From NCBI RefSeq assembly GCF_009914755.1, contig NC_060931.1: a stretch of DNA of 64,000 bases; one strand, given 5' to 3'. How positions within the stretch are numbered: position 1 is the first letter of the stretch; every line of letters starts with the position of its first letter. A model generated the notes under the pieces. The model was given only the letters and a program-made list of their open reading frames with translations, was not told the origin of the DNA and did not search any database. The position numbers and the translations under genes were made by a program. This document shows positions 27,950 through 46,506 of the stretch, piece after piece. Origin of the DNA: the human T2T-CHM13v2.0 reference genome, Homo sapiens.

Positions 27950-30450
27950 TGAACGTTCTTTTAGCAAAAATTTTTAGCACAATTATGGTTACTTAGAGCA
28001 AATTTCTACTATTGAAATTATTGAATTAAAAAGTATGACTATTCCAAACTGCCCTCAAAAAAGATTCAATTTACACTTTTGCAAATGATTTATGGATGTT
28101 TTCCTATTCCAAGCTCATATTATTTATTAATTTTTTTCTATTTGATAAGTAAAAAATAGTATGTTTTATTTTTTGCATTACTAGGGAGATTGAATTCCAC
28201 CCCCTCTTCAGTTTATTTTGCCCTTTTATTTTTTCTTCTGTAAATTATTTATATTTGGGTTTTCTTTGGTTCATTTTTCTCTTAGGTGATCATCTTTTGC
28301 TGATTTGTTTATTTATTTTTACATACTAACACTATAGATTCTTTGTCATATATGTTATACATATTTCAGCTTGTTTTTTGCCTTCATTATTGCCTTGCCA
28401 GTTTTTAGAAAGTAGAATAATTTAATGTTTTTTATTATTTCAATTTCTTGGTGTCTGTGTCTCCACTTAGAAAAAAAAACTTTCATTATTATTTTTACCA
28501 CCTTTCAAAAAATAACCTCTGTAAGACTAAAATTGTTTGTTATTTTTTAAAAAGGATGGAAAATTGACTATTGTGGTATGATCTTTATCACAAACAAATG
28601 AGACCGAGACCAATGTAACTGGTTTGTATTATTGAACCATTAGTTGTCCAAGTCTTACTAGAAGTATACACTAAAAAACATGAAAGACATGAAAAAATTT
28701 AACCTCACCAAAAGTGTTTCCTTATTGCAACACCCCTGAAATTGAGACACTGGAATTTTCCTGGGTATACAGTAAATATGCAATAGGGAAACAATGGCAG
28801 AATAAAGCCAGATAATGTTCAATTGAAGACCATCTTGCTTATTTTATTTCATAAGCAAATTCCCAAATATAAAGTTTAAAAAGAAGTTGGTTCCCATATT
28901 GGTACCCTGGCATTTGTATTTGTCTGTAATGTAATCTGTAGATATAGTTCTCAAGTCCTGTGGAAAGTTAGCATTAAATTACTGGTTAATGTTACTCTAG
29001 AAGAATTGTGTTCATTACAGCATGTCTTTGAACCATCTCAAATATCCTTATAGTTGTCCTTCAGTTTATGATGCTGAACGTATGGTGCTTTAGTCCTATA
29101 AGAAAATAGCAAAGATTAGATTGCCTTGTAGTCTCATTTAGACAGTTAATTTTATCTTTGTTTTCTCAAGTCACATTTCATTGTGTTTCTCGATGGTGCA
29201 AAACTAATTGGCTCTTATCACAGTTACATTACCTTCAAAGGCAGATAAAATTAATGCAAAGTAAAAGATCACTACAATCAGAGATATCTGGTTAAAAGGG
29301 AGACAGGCTTGCATAAAGTGGCTGCAGAATCCACAGAAGACTCTGGCAGAATAATAAATCATGACTTTCTCCAGGTTATCATCTTGTGCTCCAGTTCATT
29401 ATTTTGTATCGTTTGTTTTAACCTTGGATTGTCCCTACTACATCTGCTCTGCTGTGATTAATTCTGCTGATGGAAATAAACTGTGGAAGGGCAATGCTGT
29501 ACTGCATGACTAATTAGCTACCAAATTATGTCCATAAATTAACATTTTGTTTTTATTCATTTAAATAAGTCAAAGTTGTCAAAACTTATTTTGTGTAGAC
29601 CGCTTTATATCAATTTATATTTGTATATCACATAATATCAATTTATATTTGTAACCTTTAACTGATTCAGTTTACTTACTTTTTGGTCAACTAATTCTTA
29701 AACAATTTTGTATGTTAACTTTTCTAAAATGATCATAGTTCGGTTATTGTCTCTGCACAAGAGGAAGAAAGCTTTTCTCAGTTAAGCTGTATCTCTCTTC
29801 AGACTCTCGCCGTAGCCCACCACTTCCTCAGCTCCCACTTGTCCCCAGTCCTGGCCACAGTTCCTGGTCCTTCTTCTATTGGTTATATGGAAAGGATTAC
29901 TATTGTAAAAAACTAAATCTTTCTCACAAGAATCTTCTAGGGCCTCTAACAAGAGGAAAGACGTTTATAGGTACTGAAGAAAGGGACCAAGCCACTTTTT
30001 ATTTTTAAATACCTCCACCTAAAAAAGTAGTTAGGACCAAGTAGGCTCTCAGTAAACTTTAAAAGTCCACTCAAGATTGCTATATGAAAGAATAATATTA
30101 GATATAAAACAGATTATTTCAGATCCAGAAACAAAGATGAGAAATGTTTCTATATATCCTGTGGCATTGCATTGCTTGCTACCATAGGCATTTGAAGAAT
30201 GCGACTCAGTCTTTCTGAAACACTGTTTCATTGATTTTATTTTAATAAAAGCATTTAGGCCTTTTTCCATAAGAAGGCACTGCCTCCCACCTCAGGAAAC
30301 TGAATAACATGAGAGATGTCACAAACCCTCAAGTTAATTTCAGAAAGTTCTCCTAGTGGCTGTCCTTGCCTTTTATGTAGGGTGGTTGGGAAGACGGCTC
30401 ACACTCGTTCACTAGACCAAACTGTGCAAAGCTCTTCCCAATTTCTTGTT

Positions 30451-30927
<477 letters not shown>

Positions 30928-32267
30928 GGGCATGGCTCTCTTATGGTGCCTTTCCAATTTAACTCTTAACTAGTTCATAGTAGAAGAATCTTTACATTTA
31001 TGTTTTTTCTCTCTCCTCTCTCTTCCTAAGAACATACATAGTTCATCATCTCTCACCTTTCCTTAGTCCTCAGCCCTGTTTGAAATAAACATCCTAGAAA
31101 TTCATGTTTGAAATAAATACCCCTGAAAATCTCTGAGTGGAACAATCAGGAGACAGTTGTTCCCAGGCTTTTTAACTCAGCTGAGTCAAGTACCATTCCA
31201 GTTACCACTCCAGACAGGTTTCCACAATGATAACATGTTTCTGCTTTACATGGGGAGTACCACCTTATGTCTTCCTTGATACTTGGATAGTTTTGACAGA
31301 GGAAAGCTCCGCATCGTTGAATCATGGTATCATACATAATGGAATCACTCCTCAGCTTAGTGACCAATGTGTTTTTTTTTTTAAATGTGATCTCACTTTT
31401 TCTTTTATTTTTACATTTTGTATTATACTTTAAGTTCTGGGTTACACGTGCAGAACGTGCAGTTTTGTTACATAGATATATATGTGCCATGGTGGCTTGA
31501 TGCACCCATCAACTCATCACCTACATTAGGTATTTCTCCTAATGTTATCCCTCTCCTAGCCCCCCAACCCGAGACAGGCTCTGGTGTGTGATGTTCCCCT
31601 CCCTGTGTCCATGTGTTCTCATTGTTCAACTCCCACTTATGAGTGAGAACATGCTGTGTTTGGTTTTCTGATCTTGTGATAGCTTGCTGAGAATGATGTT
31701 TTCCAGCTTCATCCATGTCCCTGCAAAGGACATGAACTCATTCTTTTTTTATGGCTGCATAGAATTCCATGGTGTATATGTGCCACATTTTCTTAATCCA
31801 GCCGGTCAAGGATGGACATTTGGGTTGGCTCCAAGTCTTTGCTATTGTGAATAGTGCCGCAATAAATATATGTGTGCATGTGTCTTTATCGTAGAATGAT
31901 TTATAATCCTTTGGGTATATAACCAGTAATGGGATGGCTGAGTCCAATGGTGTTTCTAGTTATAGATGTTTGAGGAATCGTCACACTGTCTTCCACAATG
32001 GTTGAACTAATTTACATGCCCACCAACAGTCTAAAAGTGTTCCTATTTTTCCACAACCTCTCCAGCATCTGTTGTTTCCTGACTTTTTAATGATCGCCAT
32101 TCTAACTGGCGTGAGATGGTATCTCATTGTGGTTTTGATTTGCATTTCTCTAATGACCAGTGATGATGATCATTTTTTCATAGGTCTGTTGGCTGCATAA
32201 ATATCTTCTTTTGAGAAGGGTCTGTTCATATCCTTTGCCCATTTTTTGATGGGGTTTTTTTTTTTTT

Positions 32268-32410
32268 CAGAGGACTTTTATTTGTCTTAGAAACTGGGAT
32301 ATTGGGGATTTCCTTAGAAAAATCATATACAACATATATAGCTCACAGTCCAAGGTTTAATGAATTTTTTTTTTCACTATAAGCAGCTTATGCCTTATTT
32401 GGTTTTCTTG
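32268..32410 (-). other. Non-L1 sequence 3'-transduced by the nested L1PA2
   Basis: Lies between two poly(A) tracts, has its own AATAAA (32282-32277) and sits inside the TSD. Confidence 0.8.
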
Positions 32411-36663
<4,253 letters not shown>

Positions 36664-36726
36664 AATGATGCTAGCTGGTTGTTTTGCCCATTAGTTAATG
36701 CAGTTTCTTCATACTGTTGATATGCT

Positions 36727-37724
36727 TTACAATTTGGTATGTTTTTGCAGTGGTTGGTACTGGCTGTTCCTTTCCACATTTAGTGCTTCCCTCAGGAGCT
36801 CTTGTAAGGCAGGTCTGGTGACAAAATCCCTCAGCATTTGCTTGTCTGTAAAGGATTTTATTTCTCCTTTGCTTATGAAACTTAGTTTGGCTGGATATGA
36901 AATTCTGGGTGGTTGAAACTTCTTTTCTTTGAGAACGTTGAATATTGGCCTCCATTCTCTTCTGGCTTGTAGCGTTTCTGCAGGCAGATCTGCTGTTAGT
37001 CTGATGGGCTTCCGTTTGTGGATAACCCGACCTTTCTCTTTGGCTGCCCTTAACATTTTTTCCTTAATTTCAACCTTGGTGAATCTGATGATTATGTGCC
37101 TTTGGGTTGCTCTTCTCAAGGAGTATTTTTGTGGTGTTCTTTGTGTTTCCTGAATTTGAATGTTGGCATGTCTTGCTAGGGTGGGGAAGTTCTCCTGGAT
37201 AATATCCTGAAGAGTGTTTTCCAACTTGGTTCCATTCTCCCCGTCACTTTTAGGTACACCAATCAAATGTAGATTTGGTCTTTTCACATAGTCCCACATT
37301 TCTTGGAGGCTTTGTTTGTTGCTTTTTATTCTTTTTTCTCTAATCTTGTCTTCTGTCTTTATTTCATTAAGTTGATCTTCAGTCACTGATATCTTTCTTC
37401 CACTTGATTGATTCAGCTATTGATACTTATGTTTTTCAGCTCCATCAGGTCATTTGTGTTCTTCTCTACATCGGTTATTCTAGTTAGCAATTCAACTATC
37501 CTTTTTTCAAGGTTCTTAGCTTCCTTGCATTGGGTTAGAACATGCTCCTTTAGCTTGGAGGAGTTTGTTATTACCCACCTTCTGAAGCCTACTGCTGGCA
37601 GTTTGTCAAACTCATTCTCCATCCAGTTTTGTTCCCTTGCTGGCAAGGAGTTGTGATCCTTTGGAGGAAAAGAGGCATTCTGGTTTTTGGAATTTTCAGG
37701 CTTTTTGTGCTGGTTTTTCCCCAT
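36727..37724 (-). pseudogene. L1 ORF1 remnant, frameshifted near 37430
   Basis: ORFs 37413-37724 (MGKNQHKK..) and 36727-37386 (..MWDYVKRPNL..ARREW..YPAKLSF). Confidence 0.9.
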
Positions 37725-39452
37725 CTTTGTGGATTTCTCTATCTTTCGTCTTTGATGTTGGTGACCTTTGGATGGGGTCTTTGAGTAGATGTGCTAATCC
37801 TTTCTGTTTGTTTCCTGTTTGTTTCTTTTCCTTCTAACAGTCAGGACTCTCTGCTGCCAGTCTGATAGAGTTTGCTGGAGGTCCGCTCCCAAACTTGTTT
37901 GCCTGGATATCACTAGTGGAGGCTGCAGAGCAGCAAAGATTGCTGCCTGTTTTTTCCTCTGGGAGCTTCGAGCCAGAGGGGCACCTGCCAGATGCCAGCC
38001 AGAGCTCTCCTGTATGAGGTGTTTTTTGGCCCCTACTGGGAGTTCTCTCCCAGTCAGTATACATGGGGGTCAGGGACTCACTTGAGAGCCAGTCTGACCC
38101 TTTGCAGAACTCGAACTCTGTGCTGGGAGTTCCGGTGTTCTTTTCAGAGCCACCAGGCAGGGACGTTTAAGTCTGCTATAAGCCCCTGACTGGGGCTGCT
38201 GCCTTTTTTACAGAGATGCCCTGTCCAGAGAGGAGAAATATGGCAGTCTGGCCTCAGCAGCCTTGCTGAGCTGCAGAAGTCTCCACCCAGTTCGAACTTC
38301 CCAGTGGCTTTGTTTACACTGTGACCGTAAAACCACCTACTCAAGCCTCAGCAATGGTGGATGCACCTACCCCACCAAGCTCGAATGCCCCAGGTGGATC
38401 TCAGACTGCTGCTGTGCTGGCAGTGAGAATTTCAAGCCAGTGGATCTTAGTTTCCTGGGCCCCATAGGGGTGGGACCCGCCCAGCCAGATCACTTGGCTC
38501 CCTTGCTTCAGGAACCCTTTTGAGGGGAGTGAACGGTTCTGTCTTGCTGGCATTCCAGGCGCCACTGGGGTATGGAAAAAAAAAAGAGCTCCTGCAGCTA
38601 GTTCAGTGTCTGCCCAATTGGCCACCCAGTTTTGTGCTTGAAACCCAGGGCCCTGGTGGGGTAGGCACCGGAGTGGATCTCCTGGTTTGCAGGTTGCGAA
38701 GACTGTGGGACAAGCACGGTATCTGTGCCGGAGTTCCTCAGGCTCAGACCCTCACAGCTTCCCTTGGGTAGGGGAGAAAATTCCCCGACCCCTTGTGCTT
38801 CCTGGGTGAGGCAACGCCCAGCCCTGCTTTGGCAGCTCTCCATGGGCTGCACCTACTGTCCAACCAGTTCCAGTGAGATGAACTGGGTACCTCAGTTGGA
38901 AATGCAGAAATCACCCACCTTCTGTGTTGATCTTGCTGGGAGCTGTAGACCAGAGCTGTTCCTATTTGGCTATCTTGAATCCATTTCTCGACCAATGTGT
39001 TTTCAATGCAAAGAAAAAGATTTGCCTATAAGGCACTTTTAAAACCAACTGTACTTATATTAGTCTATTTTATGCCTCCTCTCACTGTTCTAAGCACTGT
39101 AAGAAATAAAAAAGTAGAGCAAATGGTCATTTCTTACAGAATCCTTCCAATCCTCCTGTGAACGGCAGGACTAACAAAACGTATGAAGCAATTAGGAAAG
39201 AAGTACTAAATTGTTAAAAAAATATATATATACTGGGTCAATGTACCAAAGAGCTGGAGGGTCCAGGAAAGACTTTATGTTGGGATTCCTACTGGAGCTT
39301 GCCTTTGAGCAACGAGTAGGACTGGAACATGCAGGGAAGAGGAAGGAGGGCAGATTATGTGGAACCAACAGCATGAGAAAAGGACTTGGCCTGTGAGCTA
39401 ATCATATCTGACTCTTGGGAATTCTTGGGAAATTTGATTGAATGGACCATGG

Positions 39453-39995
39453 TTTTACAGGACCAACAGGTTCTTATGCCCACTGTACAGTAATAAACCA
39501 ATACACTGAAGGGTTTGCAGCAGAGAAAGAGTTTAATAATCACAGGGTGGCTGAGTGAGAAGATGGGAGGAGACCCTCAAATCCATCTCCCGAAGGAGTT
39601 CGGAGCTGGAGTTTTTAAGGGAATCATGGAGGGCAAGAGGCTAGAAAATTGGGGTTATTGATTGGCCAGGGTAAGGGGTATAAAATCATCAGGATGTGAA
39701 AACTGCATTCTTTGGTGAGTCAGCTCCTTGTGGGGTCCTTCAACTGACATTAGTAGTTTTGCTGGTATGTAGGAGTTGAAAGAATATCTCAAAGGGAAAA
39801 CTTAACCTTTCATAATGTTCAAGTTGTTATCTATAGAGCAGTTAAGGGAGCTATAATCCAGAGTCTATGTGATTCTAGAACAACAGGCACCACACAACTA
39901 TGAGGAAGCAGGTCAGAAGGCAAGCTGACCTAATGATTAATGCTGAATGTGCTGCAAGCTCAGTTTATTTTATAAAGTTTATAAGGATAGTTTCA
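39453..39995 (-). mobile_element. ERV1 solo LTR (LOR1/MER4-group-like)
   Basis: ggaccaacaggttc...gtttgcagcagagaaagagtttaat...ccctcaaatccatctcc; ends gtttca. Confidence 0.65.
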
Positions 39996-40002
39996 TTGGG
40001 AG

Positions 40003-40360
<358 letters not shown>

Positions 40361-43121
40361 TAGAAAATTAATATTGGGCTTTTGAACATCAGAATGATGA
40401 GATTAAAAGGATGCTTTTGAAGGTTACTATCAGCATTTCGTAGGCGAAAGTATGTAGATACATATTAGTGGCAAGGGAACAGGTAGAATTGACTTAGGTC
40501 AGCCTTGTTAGCAAGCACATGGGGACCTCAGCAGGGAGCTGGTCAAGGCCAAAACTGGGTGGAGAGCTACTCACAGTGGCAAAGATTAGGGTGTGGGAAG
40601 TGAGAGGGTGGCCCCAGTGAGATCAGACGGGGGCTCCAAAAGCAGAGCACCCAAAAGACACAGCAAGCTTGGGCATGATACCAGCAACTGCCAGCATCAG
40701 AAGAGTGGATTTGATGGGCAGAAGGCAATGATAGGAAATCTAGGTAATGATGCAGAAGAGTTGAACAGATGTGATAATGCAGGAGGTGCAAGAGAAACCA
40801 GCTTCTCCTCAGGAAAGGACATAGACACTAAGACTAGCAAGCTTCTAGGGTCTTCACATCACCTGGGGCTCAGGGTAGGGCCGCAGTCTAAATGGGTACA
40901 AGGGCACAGAGCTGATAGAATATAGAGAAGAAGGCGAATCAAAGGAAAAAGCTAGTCTAATGGCTAACATAAGAGGGAGGATCAGAGGGTGACAACCCAA
41001 GGAATGCCCAGACACCCGAGGCTGGGTCCTCATATGGCAGACCTTGGGCTTAGCCACGTTGGTGGTAAAGGAGAAACAGAGGGCATATGGAACCACCACT
41101 GTGGGTAGCTGTTCCATTGCTGTGGTTAATTTAAAATCTGCACCAGGTTGCAGATTCAAAGGTTTTGAGCCTGCTTTTGTTAGGATTGGTTGAGAAGCTA
41201 GCAAGTTTCTTTGAGAATAGCCAAGGAAGGGGAGGTGAGAGACAGAAAATAGGGGTTGACCCTTGAAGCTGATGCAATACTGCAGGTAGCAACAACCTAT
41301 AATTTAACTTTTTGATATTTTAGCCTACTGATATATGTTTTGAAGAAGTACTTATGCTTAAGGAGTAGAGGAAAGACAAAACTTGGGAAAACTTGAGAGG
41401 TGTACACATTCAACTTCAGTATAATTTTGAATAACTCTCATGTTTAGGAATGGGATTTTCTTATTTATTTACATTTCTGATTACTTGAGTTATTTAGAAA
41501 ACATTTTTGGGCATAGGTTTTTCCTACATCTGTTTTTCTTGGGTTAGCTTAAATTTCCTGCCTTATCATTAATATAAATTAATATTTCTTCAATAATTGA
41601 AGACTGCACATTACTCACAGTCATTACTCTTTACTGAAGAAATAGAAAATTTAGTTTTAGACAATACTTTATTAACTCCAGGACAAACATATTTGTAAAT
41701 GAGGCCCCAATTTTAGCTTCTCTCATCTATTGTAAGAATTCAGTACATCGTACCGATGATGTTGAGGGTCCCATTTAACTCGAAGAGACTTTGATTCCAT
41801 GGTTTCCTTACAAGTCTAGGGCACATGCCCATAAGAATTAAAAAGGTTACTCAAAGATTTTGCTTGTTTGAATATATATTAACTATTAAACTTTGCATAA
41901 ATAGCATTTTAGGGTGTTTATTAAAATTTCCATGTATTACCCAAATTCTGTAATCAAACAGAGGAACGCACAAAGAGTCTTATAAGTGAGTCAGCTAATG
42001 GATGGAGATTTCTGTTTCAAATAAATAAAAGGAGAAAATCTAGGCTTTTTTCATGTCCACATAATGTGACCAAAACTCTTCTAGCTGTTTCACACATAAA
42101 CGTTTATATTAAATTACAGCAGTTGTGCGAGGTATTTTGTCTCTTTTGTGGAAATGAAGAATCAAAGATTCAAAGACATATATTAATTGGTTACTAAGAT
42201 AGCTGATAGTACAGCTAATATTATAATATTAACAGCTAATGCGCCGTAATACAGCTGTACGGTAATATAGCTGGCACAGCCAGAATTTACCTTAAACTCT
42301 AATTCTAAAACTCATTTTTGTTTTCACTGTCCCTTTCAGAAATATGTCTGCATATATAAACTGTTATAAAAGAAATAGTCATAATCCGTTTTTTCCGGAT
42401 ACTGCAGTTGTGAAGTTTACATCAGTATATATTGCTGAGTCAATAAAATAAGTTTAACCCCATAGATTAACCCAAACTTTTTAAAATGTAATAATTTAGT
42501 ATTTCCCCAAATAAAAGTCAGCTGAGAAGTTGCCCTAGTCTAGTGATAACCTTATGAGAGGGATGGCATTTAAGTTTCGCCTTCTATGCCAGGTCTTATC
42601 AATTGATAGTGGCTGCCTGGATACCTGCATGGAGAAAGAATCTGAGGTCATGTCTCAAGTCAGCAGGAAGGAATTCTAGGATCCACGAGAGATGAAGGCC
42701 ATGGTCATTGTAGGGGAAAGTAGCAGCTCAAGTATTGACCAGAGCTGCCACAGGTATTAGTAAAGTAGCATGTCTTTTGGAATGTTACTGCTCAAAACTG
42801 TCTTCTGCACTCAAAATTACCTCAATCAGTCTTGGTTTTGAGGCTTCGTGTTTCCTAAGCTTGCCAGATCATAAGAATCATTGAAGATAATCATTTAAAA
42901 ATGTTGTTTTCCAAGCCTCTTATCTGAAGATTCGGGAAGTCAAGAGTGGGAAGCCAAGAATTTGATGACCTGGCAAGTTTGGGAATGTATGAGTTGCCAG
43001 TGTTTTCAGAAAGCTCCTGTGAAAGATAAAATTCTTATTAATGAGGAATAATTTAAGACATAATTTTCCTAGTAGAGACTTGAGCACTAACAAGCAAGGA
43101 GCAAACAAAAGATCAATTTGA

Positions 43122-43427
43122 GGTTAGGTGCAGTGGTGCACTCCCAAAATCCCAGAGCTTTGGGAGGCTGAGGCAGGAGGATTACTGAAGCCCAGGATTT
43201 CAAAACCAGTCTGGGCAGCATAGTGATACCGCATCTCTCTACAAAAGAAAATAATTTAAAAATTAGCCAGGCATGGTGATAGTCCTGTGGTCCCAGCTAC
43301 TCAAGGGGCTGAGGTGGGAGGATTGTTTGAGTCCAGGAGTTCGGGGCTGCAGTAAGCCCTGACCTACACCAATGCATGCCAACTTGGACAATAGAGTGAG
43401 ACCCTGTCTTGAAAAAAATTAAAATAA
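43122..43427 (+). mobile_element. AluJ
   Basis: TSD aaaag(a/g)tcaatttga 43107-43121 / 43428-43442. Confidence 0.9.
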
Positions 43428-43727
43428 AAAAGGTCAATTTGATGGTGACTGGAGATAGAGAAGTTTAGAGCATGTGATAGCTTACCTACATTATCTGAAT
43501 CTGCCCCAGCTTGCGGACTTAATCTCATTCTGCTGTGTCTCTTGCTCACTCTACTCCAGCCACACTGAACTTCTTTATGTTGCTGTAATTCATGCATGTT
43601 CCCACCTCAAAGCCTTTGCTCTTGCTGTTCTTCCCATATCTTAATATGCCTGGAGACCTTCACAGGGCTAGTTTTTCTAATCCTTCCTTAACTGGTAGGT
43701 TATTAAGTGGAAAAGCCAAATGGTAAG

Positions 43728-44082
43728 TGTATTAGTCTGTTCTCACACTGCTAATAAAGACATACCCAATACTGGGTAATTTATAAAGGAAAGAGGTTTA
43801 ATTGACTCACAGTTCTGCATGGCTGGGGAGGTCTCACAATCATGGTGGAAAGTGAATGAGGAGCAAAGTCCCATCTTACATGGCAGCAGGCAAGAGAACT
43901 TGTGCAGGGAAACTCCCATTTATAAAACCATCAGATCTTATGACACTTATTCATTACCACAAGAACAGTATGGGGGAACCGCCCCCATGATTCAAGTATC
44001 TCCACCTGGCCCCACCCTTGACCCATGGAGATTAGTACAATTCAAGGTGAGATTTGGGTGGGGACATGGCCAAACCATATCA
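43728..44082 (-). mobile_element. THE1 (THE1C-like) solo LTR
   Basis: TG...CA ends, 355 bp, 5-bp TSD gtaag 43723-43727 / 44083-44087. Confidence 0.93.
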
Positions 44083-44781
44083 GTAAGCAAGGACGAAGAA
44101 GAAAAGCACAATTTTCAGTCTGTGAAACAGACACTACTCATTGCCTATTCCACAACCAGAGACTCTTTCATGTTGCAAAAGGGAGGCTCCCTTCCCATGC
44201 CCTAAGCAGTGAGTTATGCCAGTCATTACATAGCATTTGCAATGAAATCAAGATGAAAAAAATTAATGGTTTTCCTAGAAAAGAAAGAAAGAGAATGATG
44301 CATATAAAAACAGAAGAAGAAAGTCACTAGTTGCATAATAATTAATCAGGATAAAATGTGTTATTTAAAACCATTCAATCACTGCCTTTTCTTTTCTCAT
44401 TCTTACAGGGTACTCATAAGTATAATCATCTGACTGTATCTTTGAAATAGAATTAGGATTTGGGAAGCATCTTAATAAACACTAACTGAAGCCACTCTGA
44501 AGAAAACATCATTAATCATGTCATTGATAAGAGATTCTGTCAGCATTACATTTAGAAATTTATACCCAGACTAAATTCCCGTAAACAACTCCCGTGTGCA
44601 TTAGGGATTAGAAAAAAATGAAGGCTTCTTTGTTTACTATAACACTAAAAAAATATTGTTTAGGCCCAATTTCTCAAAATGGAAACCACCCAGGCACATG
44701 TAGTTTCCCAGTTGCAGAATCTTTCCAGTACAGTTCAGTTTGCACAATACTGCTGAATTCTCTTTAGAAAGTACTGTTTTC

Positions 44782-45110
44782 GCCCAGTGCTGTGGCTGAT
44801 GCCTGTAATCCCAGCACTTTGGGGAGGCCAATGGGGGCACACTGCTTGAGGCCAGGAGTTTGAGACCAGCCTGGGCAACGTGGTGAAACACTGTCTCTAC
44901 TAAAAATACAAAAAATTAGCCAGGTGCGGTGGCACACACCTGTAATTCCATCTACGCCAGAGGCTGAGGCATGAGAATCGCTTGAACCAGAGAGGCAGAG
45001 GCTTGAACCGGAGAGGCAGAGGTTTCAGTGAGCCAAGATTGGGCCACTGCATTCCAGGCTAGGCAACAGAGCAAAACTCTGTCTCAAAAAAAAAATAAAA
45101 ATAAAAAAAA
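44782..45110 (+). mobile_element. AluS/J with an internal 21-bp tandem duplication (44980-45021)
   Basis: Alu dimer; gcttgaacc(a/g)gagaggcagag twice. Confidence 0.9.
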
Positions 45111-45329
45111 TGAAAGTAGTTTTCATTGCATCAGCCATCTACTGAAAATCCACTTAAAAAGCTACAAGGGCTTCTCATTGCTTTTTTAAATAAATGAAAA
45201 ATCCTTAGGCTGGTATTTTAGATGCCTACTTAGTTATTCCTAGGTTTGCCTATCATTAGGTAAGGTTTATATCAATTTTAAAAAATCAACCAAAGCACAA
45301 TAGCTATTTAGTACTCTATCAGTCTATTT

Positions 45330-46051
45330 AGACGCTATTCTTTCTTTCTGCTGAGATGGTTGACTAGACCTATGAGTCACACACTTAATTTCTTCAGGAA
45401 AAGGTTATCTAGCCACACCCTTGGCCTTCTATCCAGAGCATGATTTTCTAACAATGAATTTCCTGATTTTCACATTCTTTGCCATCTGGATAGGCTAAGA
45501 AACTCAACAAATCATCAAGTTCTGGTTCCTGTTTACTTTATTCCTTCCACATTTATCACTTTCCTCTCTGCTTTTACTATAAGCAGCAAGGAGGAACCAG
45601 GCTGCATGTTCCACACTTAGCTTGGAAATCTCAGCTAAATATCCAAGTTAATCACTTAGAAGTTCTGCCTTCCACCCAACAGTAAAACACAATTCATTCA
45701 TGTTTTCTGCCACTTTATAACAAGGACAGCCTTTCCTTCAATTTCAAATAACATACCCTTCATTTTCTTTTGAGACCTCACTGGAGGCATATTTAATGTT
45801 GATATTCCTACCAACAATCTGCGAGGACACATACATTCTCTAAGATGAGAGAAGCATCTCTTCCTTCTGAGCCCTCACCAGAATCTCTTTTAACAACTCT
45901 ATTTCTACCAACAGTCTCTTCAAAGCAATTTAGGCTTTTTCTTTCATATACCTCAGCATTCATTCAGCCTCTACCATTACCCAATTCCAAGGCCACTTCC
46001 ACATTCCTACATATTTGTTATAGCAGGACTCCACTTCCTGCTACCAGAATC
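45330..46051 (-). mobile_element. MLT1-int (PBS-proximal part)
   Basis: tagccacacccttggc...ccacttccacatt...ccacttcctgctaccagaatc abutting the LTR. Confidence 0.75.
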
Positions 46052-46506
46052 TGTATTAGTTTCCTGGGGGGCGGGGGAGCAGTAACAAATTACTATAAAC
46101 TGGGTAGCTTGAAACAACAGAAATTTATTCTCTGGAGGCTAAAAGTCCAAAGTCAAGGTGTCAGCAGGGTTGGTTGCTTATGGAGACGCTAAGGGAGAGT
46201 CTATTTCCTAGCTTCTAGCAGCTGCTGGCAGTCCTTGGCATTTCTTGGCTTGTAGACGTGTCACTCTAATCTCTGCCTCCATCATCAATGACTTTCTCCC
46301 TTGTGTCTCTGTCTCTCCAACCTTCTTTTGCCTATTCATTCCTATAATGATATTTAAGGCCCACCCTAAATCCAGCATTACCTCACCTCAAAATCCTAAA
46401 CTTATTTACATCTGTAAAGATCTTTTATCCAAATAAGGTCACATTCACAGGTTCTGGGGGTTGTGATTTGGATATATCCTTTTGGGGGCCACTATTCAGC
46501 CTACTA
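46052..46506 (-). mobile_element. MLT1C-like LTR
   Basis: tgtattagtttcc...aaacaacagaaatttattctc...ccaaataaggtcacattcacagg. Confidence 0.85.

Noticed and set aside
43818-43831. PRDM9 hotspot motif in THE1
   Set aside because: The reverse strand reads CCTCCCCAGCCAT, not the hotspot-associated CCTCCCT core
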